From Cyanophora paradoxa CCMP329 (taxonomy: Eukaryota; Plantae; Glaucophyta), in contig QPMI01000096.1 of the NCBI GenBank assembly GCA_004431415.1, positions 62,001-126,000 on the forward strand: a DNA stretch of 64,000 nucleotides, written 5' to 3'. The notes beneath the pieces were generated by a model that was given only the letters and a program-made list of their open reading frames with translations, searched no databases and was not told where the DNA came from. This document shows positions 11,401-22,800 of this stretch, in pieces. The position numbers and the translations under genes are program-made. Each line of letters starts with the position of its first letter. Within the stretch, counting starts at the first letter, position 1.

Positions 11401-13612
11401 GGCCTCGAGGAGGGGCGCCCCCGCGGGGGCCCGCAGCGTCGCGAAGGACCACGCCAGCGTCGCCAGCCCCTGCGGCGTGAAGTGCGACACACGCTGCGAA
11501 GGGGCGGGGCTTAGTGGGCTCAGGGGGCAGCTTGGCTCAGCTTAGCATACGTCGAGGGAGGCCTTGGCGACGGCGTCGAAGAGGGCGGCGTCGTAGTGCC
11601 CCAGCGCCGCGCACGCCCACGCCACGTTCGACAGGTTCTGCCCAGCGCGTCTAAGCGTCTCAGCCGAGGGCGAAGCGAAGGGGGCAAGGAGGGGAGGGGC
11701 CGGGGGCGTGGGGCGGCTGGATCTCCCTAGCCTAGGGGGCAGCGAGGCCAAAGAGGGGCGGCGGCCCCGAGCGGGGCCGAGAAGGGGCGGGGGGGGGGGG
11801 GGGGGGGCGGGGCGGGCCTGCTCGTTGAAGGAGGGGATGGCCTGGAGGCACCGGGCGGCGACGGCCTCGAAGACGGCCGCGTCCCGCTCCTTCAGGGTCG
11901 CCAGGCTCCACAGCAGGTTCGAGCAGTTCTGCGCGACGAGGGGGACAAGCTGAGGTTAGCTTGGGGGCCCGAGCCGAGCTTGGCTTGCGGGCCTAGGCTC
12001 CACAGGCTCTAGCAGTCTGCGCTTAGCTTAGCTGAGCCTAGCTTGGAGGCTCGAGCTAGGTTGAGCTTGGAAGGGGTCGGGCGGGGCGCGCCCGACCCCT
12101 TCGAGCTCTGAAGGGAGCTCAAGGGGGGCGGAGCCGGGCGGGGCGCGCCTGGGCGTCGAAGTCGGCGGCGGTGGCGACGGCGACCCGCGAGGCGGCCGCC
12201 AGCAGCGCCGCCGAGTGGTACCTGCCCCCGGGCCGCCCCCTCAGCCCGGGCCGAGGAGGGGAGAGGAGAGGGGCTGGGCCGGAGGCCTAGGCCCACCGGG
12301 AGAGGGCGCAGCCGTAGATGACGTTGGAGAGCGCGCGGGGCCGGAACTCGTCCGCCGTCTGCCCCGCCCGCCCTCGTCATCTACGGCGCGGGGCAGCGGG
12401 GTACGGGGTGCGCACCTCGATGAAGCGGCCCTCGAGGAGGAGGAGCGCCGGCCGCGCCTGCTGCAGCGTCGCCCGCCGCGCCGCCACGATCTGGGGGTAC
12501 GGGAGTTCGAGGGGGGCTCGAGGGGGGTACGGGCGGGCGGGCGCGCCTTGCCGATGTGGTAGACGGCGGTGGAGATGTTGATCGAGTTCAGGTGAGGCCG
12601 GTGCTCCCGAACCAGCTCCTCGATCCCCCACAGGTCCATCCTGCCCGGCCACGGGTACGGCGTTCAGGAAAGATGGGGGGGGTAGATGGGGAGGGCGGGG
12701 GGGTATCGGACCGGAGGCCGGCCTGCTTGATCTTCTCGTTGACGAGCGCCTCTCGGGAGCTGCGGCCGCGGTCCTCATAGTACGCCTCCCGGGCCGCGGC
12801 GTCCCCCGCCGGGGGGTACGCCCTCCGCGGGCCACCGTGCGCCCCCGTCGGCGCCGGCGGCGATGGCGACCGGTAGGCCGGCGGCGGCGGCCGGGGCGCC
12901 CGCGGCGGAGCCCCGATACCCCGGTAGTGCCCCCGGTCCCGGGTCCAGGTGCGGCCGCCGGCGCCGCCGCCGGGCTCTGCGCCGCCGTCCGCGTTGTTGC
13001 CCCAGTTCCGGGGCGGGCGGGAGTCGTCGCGTTCGGGCGAGCGCCTCCGCCGGCGCTCACGGGGGTGGGAGCCCGGCTTGCGCTCCCGCAGGAAGCGCAG
13101 CGGCGGCCGCTGCGCGCTCGGGTCCTCGTCTGGGTCCCGGAAGAACCACGGGTCTGCGGCGCCCAGGTTGGAAGAGGCAAGGCTGGCGGCGGCATGCAGA
13201 GCGCCCGGCGCGCGGCGCGGCGCGGCTCTCTTTTGTCCGCCGCGCGTCTAGGCAGGAACCGTACGCGACTCGCAGCTGCGTGGGCGCGGGCGGCGGGCCG
13301 AGGCGGCGCACCTTTGCTCAGCGGCTTCACGTCCGGGTCCTGCTCCTCAGCATCCTCACCGGAAGCGAGCTGAGGGCGCTGCAGGTCAGCTTTGCAAGCC
13401 GGCGAAGGCTGCAGCGCCCGCGGGGGCGCACCAGGATGAGGCGCCTGAGCGGCCGACGCGCGCGAAACGTGCGGTGCGCGGCGGCGGGTGTCCTCGGCGC
13501 CGACCGACTCCCCTGGATCGAGAAGCTCCAGCGGAGCCAGCGGGTTGCCCGGCGCGCGCTCTGGGCGCGTGCGAACTGGCAAGACGGGCCCGGCTCCGCT
13601 GGAGACAGACAT
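8365..13612 (-). CDS. OPR/FAST-like helical-repeat protein with C-terminal RAP domain (organellar RNA processing); multi-exon, start codon uncertain
   Basis: Repeated motifs QNCSNLLWSLATL, QNLSNVAWACAALG, FTPQGLATLAWSFATL, FSPQAISNI, LTGQGLANVAWAFAT, LNCQQLAN. Spliced RAP domain: YFLDIAYPDER|VCVEVDGPLHY..ELKDRLLARDGWT|VHHVTYREW. Stop at 8365-8367. Confidence 0.85.
9901..9968. repeat. (GAAAG/GGAAA)n degenerate microsatellite in an intron
   Basis: aaaggaaaggaaaggaacggagaggaaaggaaaggaaaggaaagggaagggaaggaagg seen directly. Confidence 0.85.
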
Positions 13613-13862
13613 GGGACGACCTGCACGCTCGCCGGCATGACGGCGGCGAACGGCAGCATCGCGCTGCCTCGTCGATATCCCCGACTGCCGTACCCGGGCG
13701 GTCTTCCTCCCTCCCCCCGAAGCGTTTGGTTTCGAGCCGCACTGCCGCAGGCGATCGGCTAGGTGTGCGATAGGTAGAGGACCATCCCTAAAACTCCAAT
13801 TCATCCAGCTGCTACCGAGCCTTTGACGCCGGAGGTGGACGTGGCGAGCTCGTCGCAGCGAG

Positions 13863-16800
13863 ATGGGGGGAACCCCGTCGGCGGCGCGAGGCGGAGGCCG
13901 CGTGTCGCCGGAGCCACGCGCGCACGTGCAAGCGCGGCAGGGTCCAGCGCAGCCCATGCTGTTGCCGCAAGCTCCGCCTCCCGCGTACGCTGTCGAGCAG
14001 CCAGCGAGCGCGCAGCCGCCCCATCAGCAGCATCGCTACCACCAACAGCAGCAACAGCAGCAACAGCAGCAGCAGCAGGAGCTGGCGTCGCCTCAGCGGC
14101 GCGCGCACGAGGAACGATCGAACGCGGCGCAGGCTCAGGCGCAGCCGCAGGCGGACGACCCGCTCCACGCGCACGCGCTTCGGAGGCACCGCCTGCTCCC
14201 CAAGATCGGCGATGCGGCGGACGTGCGGCCGGCCCGCGGCCCCCTCCCGCAGTCCGGATCGGGGCTCGATCAGGTGCCTGGGGCTCGAGCTCGCCCCCGC
14301 GGCGCCGCGCGCCGCCTCCCGCTCAGCGGAGCCGCCCCCGCACGCGCGCAGAACGCCGGCCGCTACGCGGCGGCCCCAGATGCGGCGGGGCCACGCGGCC
14401 CGCGGCCGGCCCGCCCCGGCCTCCCGCAGAGCGACTCCGACCTGCGCTCCCGGGGGCACCGCGCCCGCGACGAGGCGCGCCCGTACCCCCAGCCCGCGTC
14501 TGCCCCTCCTCTCTTAACCCCATCCCTTTCCGCAGCGCATCGACAAGCTGTTGGCCGAACTGTCGGCCCTCGACTCGCCTACCCCCCCGCAACCCGCCCC
14601 GGGCCAGCGCCGGGCCCCCTCGCCGTCCCCCTCCTTCCGGCCCCAGCAGGTGGCCGTCAACCAGGGCGGCGCCGGTTTCTACATACCCTCCGGTCGCCCC
14701 GTCCACTCCCGCGAGCGTACCCCCGAGCCCCAGCGCCCCCCCGCGCGGCAGCCCGCCGCTCGCCCCTCCTCCCAGCCCCGGCTGCGCCCCCCCGGCCTTG
14801 GCGTCGGAAGGTCCCGCGTCTCACCTGAACCATCACGCGCCCCCCCGGGGCCCGACATCCCCCCGGAGCCCCACCCCGCCCGCCCCGGCCGCGCCCCCTC
14901 CCTCGAGAACGTCGTTACCCCCCCAGAGCCGCACCTCCCGCGGCGGCACAGCGCCGAAACGTTCGCTTTGGACGAAGAGCGGCCGCTCCGCGCCGCCGCA
15001 CCCCTCTCCGAGGACGCTCTACCCCCCCAGCGGCCCCCGCGGTCGCCCTTTATGGGCGAGGCGCCCCTACCCCCCCTCCCCCCCTCCCCCTTCCGCTCCC
15101 CTTTTCCCGCCTCGCCCTTCCGCTCCCCCGTCTCGCAGCCTCTGTCCCCCCAGGAGACTCCCCCCCGCCCTCCCGTCCACCGCACCCCTCCTCCGGTCGG
15201 CCCTCCGACCCGGCACCCCGAGGCCGCCCCACGCCCCCGTCCGCGCCCTGCCGTCGCGTACCCCCTCCTCCTCCGGCCGCCCGTCCGGCGGGGCTCGGAG
15301 GCCACTACCCCGCGCCGCCGCCGCGGGCCCGCCGGACCCGCCCCGCCGAGGAGGGGGCGATTCCCCCCTGGAGGCGTCCCCCCGCCGGCGGCGGTGCACC
15401 GGCCGGTGCGCTCGCGGCTGATCTCGCCCCCCTCGACCGAGACCGTGCCGGAGGAGGAGGAGGCGCCTCCGCCCTCGGCGGACCAGAAGCACGCGGCGGC
15501 GGCGGCCTTCCGGGGCCGCCTCGCGCGCCGCCGCGAGGCCGGGTCGAGCGGCTCGCTGGGGAGCTCCAAGGGATCCCTGAGCGGCTCTTCCCGCAGGGGC
15601 GGCGGGCCGGAGCCGCCCGCCCCGGCGCCGCGGCGGCCGCGCGGTTCCGGGGCGCCGGGGCCGCCGCCTGGGCGATGATGAGGTCCGCTCCTCCCTACTC
15701 CGCAATGGTATCGCGGCTTGAGTCGTATAGCTAGTCCGTAGTTTAGAGTATGCAGCTTCTCCCATCCTTCCCGTCCCTCCTCCACCCCCCTACTTCTCCC
15801 ATCTCACCTCTCCCCGGGCAGCACGCGGCGGACGCTGGCGGCGTCGGTGGAGATGTCCCTCTCCGCCTCCTCCGAGCACCTCGAGGCCATCGCCCCCAAG
15901 GCCCGCCCGCCCCCCGCCCCCAATACAATATTATATTATATAGATGAAAATGGCTCTCTGCGCCCATCGTACTACATATGGCGATCCCCTAGAGTCCATC
16001 GCCTCCAAGGCCCGCGGCCCCTCTCCCCTAGGAGCGCCTCTCCCCGCCTGAGATCTAATTTAAATCGCATTCTATATACATCCTCCGCCTTCTCCCTCCC
16101 TCCCTCCTCCTCCTCCTCCACCTTCCTGACGCCGCGGCGCAGTCGTACGAGCCGACGGGGATGCGGCCGGTGCTGCCGGCGCCCGGCACGATCCCCGGGC
16201 TGGAGGAGGAGGCGCGGGCCTGGCTCGAGGCCAGTCTCCGCTCCATCGAGGTCCGCTCCAGCGCAGCTCGAAGTTCCTTGCCGCCTGTCCCAGCCTTGCC
16301 TGTCCTCGTCTAGCTCGGCCTAGCCTGTCGTAGCTCATCACAGCCTATTCCACGCCCTAGCCTGTCCTGCTGGCCCCTCTGGCCTAGCCTACGCTGTTAT
16401 CCTTGCTGAGGTCGCGCGGCAGGGGGCGCGGGCGCGGGGCGCGTACGTGAACCTCAAGGTCTTCGTCAGCTCCACCTTCCGGTGCCTGGGGCCCCCTCTT
16501 CTCCTCCTCCTTTCACCTTTCTAAGTAACTTTGCAGGGACATGCACGGTCCGCCCTGCCCGCGCCTCGCACTGCCTCGCACCGCGTCGCACCGCGTCGCG
16601 CCGCCAGTCCGACCGATCGCGAGCGGCCTCCGACGGCTTTCGGCGCAGGGGAGCGGAACGTGATCGCGCGGACGGTCTTCCCGCAGCTCAACGAGTGGGG
16701 CCGCACCCGCCGCCTCAACTTCGTCCCCGTCGGTACCCCTCTGGCGGCCTTCTTCCGATCCGGCGGCGCGCCCTGACGCGCTCGCCCCGCCAGACCTGCG

Positions 16801-19800
16801 CTGGGGCCTCACGAAGGAGGCGAGCCGGCCCCGCCCCGCGCCCGCCCCGCGCCCGCCCCGCGCCCGCCCCGCGCCCGCCCCGCGCCCACCCGCGTGCCCC
16901 GCCCCTCGCGCCCTACCGATCGCGTACCCCGCAGGACACGGGCAGCGGGGGAAAGGGCGCCCTCGCACTCTGCCTCGAGCAGGCAGCCCCGCATTCGCTG
17001 TACCCCGCCGCCCCTCCGCCCTGTCTGAAAGTGCGGTACCCCTGCACGCAGCTCGACGAGTGCCGGCCCTACGTGATAGTCCTCCTCGGAGGCCGCTACG
17101 GCTGGCGACCCGCCGAGTACCAGGTACCCCTCGGCTCTCCCCCTACCCTAGCTCCATTGAATTCGAACCCGTACCCCCCACAGATCCCCGACGACGGCCG
17201 CCTCGAGTGGCTCTCGCGGTACCCAATCGGCCACTCCATCACGTGCGCACCTCGTAACCCCCATCAAACCCCTCGAATCGTTGAATTACTGCACCCCAGC
17301 TCGATGGAGATCGCGTACGCGTTCCTCGCGTTCACGGAGCCGCGCATGCGCGCCGTCGTCTTCGATCGCGACGAAAAGTTCGTGCACCATACCCCCCGTC
17401 TCAAAAAGGGCCCCGCCAGGATTCGAACCCGGGTCATCCTCGCCGCAGGTTCGTGGAGGAGCGCGTGCCGGAGGGCCCCGCCCGCGCCGTCTTCCGCGAG
17501 GACGATCCCGAGGCCGCCGCCATGCTCCAGGCCCGGCGCCCGCACGTACCCCTGCTTTCTTTTTTTGAATCAAATGTTTTCGGCGCAGGAGATGAAGGAG
17601 CGGATCCGGGCGCACCCGTACGCGCGCACGACGAAGTACTCCCCCAAGAGCTTCGAGACGTACCCCGACGGCAGCGTCGGCGCCGGCGGCCTTGACGAGT
17701 TCGCCGACGGGGTAACCCCACCTTTCCTCCCCCGCCTTTCCGGAAAAAGACAGGGGTACGCGCGCGCAGCTCGTGAAGCAGCTGATCGCCGCGGCCGAGA
17801 AGGACTTCCCCCCCACCCTCGAGGAGTCGGACCCCGTCGCCGGTACCCCCCGGCCTTCTCCCCCCCGTTCACCCTACCCCTAACTCCTTCCCCCACCCCC
17901 TCCACCAGTGGACCTCTCGTTCCACGAGCAGTTCGTGCAGGTACCCCCCCTCGCCCTCTTTTCCGACCTCTTCCTTCGTTCTCCGCTCACTCCCTCGCGC
18001 CCGCAGGTGCACTGCCGGAGCTTCCTGGGTCGAGCAGACGTGATCGAACGGCTCCTCGAGCACGCCCTCGGCCTCGGCGGCGCCGGCTTGCCCGCCTTCG
18101 CCGCGAAGGCAGGGGGCGGGGTCGGGGGCGGGGCCGGGGGCAGGGGCGCCGCTGCCCGGCCCAAGGCCGCGGGGCGGGGCGGCGCCCGGGCCGGTGGGGC
18201 CGCCGGCGCTGGGAGTACGGCCGCCAACGACAGCGGCGTCTTGCTGCTCGGAGGGCCGCCGGCACGCCCCTACCCCCCCTTCGTTTCGATTTGTTTGCTT
18301 ACTGTTCCTTGCTCCCGTCCCAGGGGTACGGCAAATCCTCGTGCCTCTGCAAGCTCGTCGACGTCCTCCGCGCCCGCTCCGTCTCCCTCCAGGCGGGGGT
18401 TCGAATCCCGGCCGCGCCACTTTCTTCAGTCTCCTGGATAAGAAACGCGGCCCCGCAGGGCGGGCCGGCGCCCCTCCTCGTTTTCTACTTCGTGGGCCGC
18501 TCCCCCAAATCGACTTCGGTACCCCGTATGCTCCAGGTCCGAAAACGCTGCCCGAATTTCGCGTACCCGCTTTGCTAATCTCTTTCTTACAGATGCTGAG
18601 CGCCCAAATTCGGCGGCGGCTGCCCCGCCCAGAGGACGGAGACGACGCGGACGGGGATGACGTCACCCCGGAGCAGGTCGCGGCGTACCCCACAATGAAT
18701 CCTCAAATCGAGAATTGAAATCCGTGTACTCCGCAGCCGCCGGAGGAGTGGAATGCGCTCGTTCGGTACTTTGCCGAATCGCTGAAGAAGGCCGCCGAGT
18801 GGCGCGTGCCGTACCCCCCGTGTCCTTTTTGAAAGCGCGTAACCCTTCGGTGCAGCTTCCCCCGTGTGGTGGTCGTGATCGATGCACTGAACCAACTCGC
18901 CGGACCCGCCCGTACCCGTTTGATGGCGCGTACCCCCTGCAATTTCCACCCTGCAACTTCATCTCTCTCCGCACCGACGCGTACCCCCCAGGACTGGCTC
19001 CCCGAGGACGTGCCGCCCTCCGTCCGCTTCGTCCTCTCCTCCCTCCCCGGTGCGCTCTTACACCCCCCTCCCCCTCCCCCCCACCCCTCTCTACCCCCTC
19101 ACATATCCCTCCCCCCCCCCCCCCACCCCCCCCTCCAGGGGAGGCTGCGGAGCGGCTGCGGCAGCGGCGGCCGCCCCCCGCGGAGGTGACCCTGGGCGAG
19201 ATGCCCCTGGACGTCCGGATGCAGGTTCGAATCCGCGCGGTTCCCCTTTAAATCGCGCCCCTGGCTTCCCGCGGCTCCTCCAATCCGGTCCGACCGAGCC
19301 GCTGGAATCAGCGGCGCTTCCTGCCTGGCCGGACCTATCCGAGTCTCCGCCTTCCTTCTCCTCGTCTCTGATCCGATCGCTTCGTTCGCAGGTGGTGCGG
19401 GAGCGGCTGGCCGCCTACGCCAAGAAGCTCACCGACACCGAGGCCCGCCCCGTACCCCGCGCCTCCAACTCCGTAACCCCCTTACCCCCCGGGCAGGTGG
19501 CCGCGCTGGCCTCGAAGCCGCACGCCGGCTCGCCGCTGTACCTCGTGACGGCCATCGAGGAGCTCCGCTGCTTCGGCCTCTTCGAGCAGGCGCGCCCCCG
19601 TACCCCCCATCCATCCTCCCCCAATCTGATCATCCCGCTCATCTTCTGCGCAGCTCGGGAACTTCGTGCGGGAGCTGCCGGACACGACGCACCAGCTCTT
19701 CGGCTCCGTCCTCTCCCGCCTGGGTACGCAGAACGAAAGCAGGGGATCAAATCTAATCTAGATCCTGAGCTAGCTAGCTCTAGCTAGGAGGCTCTCGCTA

Positions 19801-22800
19801 GCCTCGCCTCGGCCCGCCCCTCTTCGCCCCTGCCCCTCCCATCGCCAGCTAACCTCGCCTCCCCCGCCCACCCGGCAGAGGTGGACCACGGGCGGGGGAT
19901 GGTGCAGCGGGCGCTCTCGCTGCTCGCCGTCTCCCGCGGCGGCCTCACCGAGGCCGAGCTCGTGCGCCCCTTTCCCGCCCCGCCCCGCCCCGCCCGAGGG
20001 GGCCAGAGCCCAGCGGCCGGGCCTCGCCTCGCCTCGGGGACTTCCCGCCTAGCTCTCCCGGGCTTAAGGAAGCTAAGCTTTGGCTGCCTCTCTTCCGCAT
20101 CTTAGCTCGCCCGGGCCGCGCCTTCGGCCGCTGGCCTAAGGAAGCTTTGGAAGCTCCCTCCACCTCCGCCGGGGCCCCTCGCCCGTAGCTCAGGCTGGAC
20201 CTCCGGCCTGGGCCTAGAGCCTCACCTCCCTCCCCCCGCCCTTCGGCAGCTGGAGCTGCTGGCGCGGCCGGACGACCCGCAGGGGCTCCTCCCCCGCGCC
20301 GTCTGGTCCCGCCTCTCCGGTACCCCCCCGTCCACCCGCCCGCCCGCGCACCCCGCTTCGCTCGTCTCACTGGGCGCGAGCAGCGTCGCTGTCGAGCCTG
20401 CTGATCCCCGCCGGCAACGACGCCGCCGCCACCCTCGACTACTTCCACAGGCAGGTGCGGCGCCGGTGCAGGCCATGCACGCCGCCCGCCCATTCGAAGA
20501 GGATGAACTCGGAATCGCTGACGATTCCCTCGCAGTTCCTTCGGGCGGTCCGTGTCCGCTACCTCCTCCCGTGCCCCAAGGCCCGCCGCCCGCCCCCTCC
20601 TCCTCCCCAACTTCCCTCCACGTGATCTGACGTGCGACGGCAGGGGGCGGGGTGCGGGGCGTTCGAGCGGGGGGACCCCTGCGAGCACCTCACCCCCGAG
20701 GCGGCCCCCGAGGGCTGGGACGAGAAGGGCGAGCCCCTGTACCCCTGCCCCGACCCGCCCCGCCTCGCCCCGCCCTGGAGGTCTAGCGAGGCGGCGCCGC
20801 CACCTGAATCTAGAGATCTAGTCTATCTTAAGATCCAGAGACATCAACAGAACTTCACAGCGGGGCGGTGGCCTCGCCCTCTGGCCCGATCTCCCTCGGA
20901 TCTCTCTCGGCTGATCCCTGCGCGGGGCAGACGGGGCGGTGCACGGGGAGCTGGCCGCGTACTTCCGGAGGAGGGCGGACCCCGCGGGGGACGCCTCCTG
21001 GGCCGCCCCCAGGCCCGCCCCCGTCCCCGCCCCACGCCCCCGCTTGTGGCCCCCTCCATGCCTTCCCTCTTAGAGCGCTCACTGCCATCCCTTCCCCTCC
21101 CTCCTCCCTTCCCCTCCTTCCTCCCTTTCCCCTCTGGGGCTGGGCTTCTCCCTCTGACGCGGCTCTGGGGCAGGACGGCGGGGGCGGACCGGGCCTTCGC
21201 CGAACTCGCCGACCACCTCCGCGCCGCCCGCCAGGCGCCCGCCCCCCGCCCCCGCCCCTGCGCCCTCATCTCATGTCCTGTACCCATCCTCACGCCCGCC
21301 GCTGCAGCACGACGAGCTGCTCTTCGTCCTCTCCAGCCTCCGCTTCCAGGTCCCTCCCCTCCTCCCTAAAGCTCTACAGGCTTCTCCGACGCGGAGTGGG
21401 GCGGCGAGCAGCACGGGCGGGCGGCGCGGGGCGGGGCGGTGGACCTCCTCACCTCCATCCACGACGCCATGGAGGCGCGCCCCCACCCGCCCGCCCCCAC
21501 GCCCCCACGCGCCCCGGGTCTAGAGCTCTGCTTCCGTTCGGTCCCTAATCATCGGCCCTTTCGCGCAGAGTTTGCCGCCCGACGCGGCGGCGGCCCTCGC
21601 CCCCTACGAGCGCCTCGTCCGCTCTCCTCCGCCCACGCTCCGGCCCTCTCCCCGCCCGGCCTCAGGCGGCCCCTGGACAGATCCGGCGGGACGCGCGGTC
21701 GCTGGACGACGCCCCGCACCTCATCTTTCAGAAGGCCCGCCGATGCTAGACGAAGCCCGATACTAGAGGAAGACGATGCTAGAGAATTCGAAAGACGATA
21801 CTAGGGAAAGAAGATGCTAGACGAAGCCCGATGCTGCAGCTAGAGGAAGCTTAGAGGGGCGGGCGGCGTCTGACGCGCGCCCCGGCCCGGCCCGGTCCCG
21901 CAGGCCCTCAACTCGAAGTCGGACAGCGCGCCGGCCCTCCAGGCGCGCCCCGCCCCGCCCCTCGCCCCGCCCCGCTGGCTGTTCGAGCGGGGCCCCGCAG
22001 GCGCGGGCGCTGCTGGAGGCGGCGCCGGGCCTCTTCGAGCGCTGCCTCCTCTGGGTCAACAAGGACGAGGCGCGTGGATAGATGAAGCCTTCGGCCCTCC
22101 CTCCCGCCCCCCGCTCGGCCCTTGGCCCTCGTCGCCCCTCCTCTCTTTCTTACCTGCAGCGCAGGAGGAGACGTCGGTGGTGATGAACGTGCAGGCTGCC
22201 TCCGCCCTCGAGTCCGGCGCCGCCTCGGGCGCCGAGGTGCGGGCGCCGCCGCTTCTAGAACGGAGGGACGCGGCGCCAGGCGCCCCCGCCACACACCGCT
22301 CTTAGCTGGGGACCTAGCTCCCTCGCCTCCAACCACCGCTTCTAGAACGGAAGCTCGCCTAGCTGGCATCTCCTCCACTCCCAGCTCCTTGCTGGGGACC
22401 TAGCCTCCTCCCCCTCCTTCCTACCGCGCGCCCTCGAGCTTCTTCTTCGCCCTTCTGCTTCCCCTCCCTCACCTCCCTCCCCCGCCGCAGACGATCCTGT
22501 GGTGCAGCGTGGCGCCGGACGGGGCGCTGCTGGCGACGGCCGCCCTCGAGGCCGCCCTCCGCGTCTTCGACCTCGTCACCGGCGCCGAGGTCCTTAGCTT
22601 AGCTTCGCCGCTTATATAGAGAGTCGTTCAATTCTTAAATTAGCTTATAGCTTATAGAGTTGTTGAATTCTTAGCGGGTCCCCTCCGCTCACAGCTTCGC
22701 TTCGCCGCTTATATAGAGAGTCGTCCAATTCTCAGCGGGTCACCGGCCCCAAGGCCCGCTCTGCTCACAGCTTTATCGCACCGCCGCGCCTCTAGACCTC

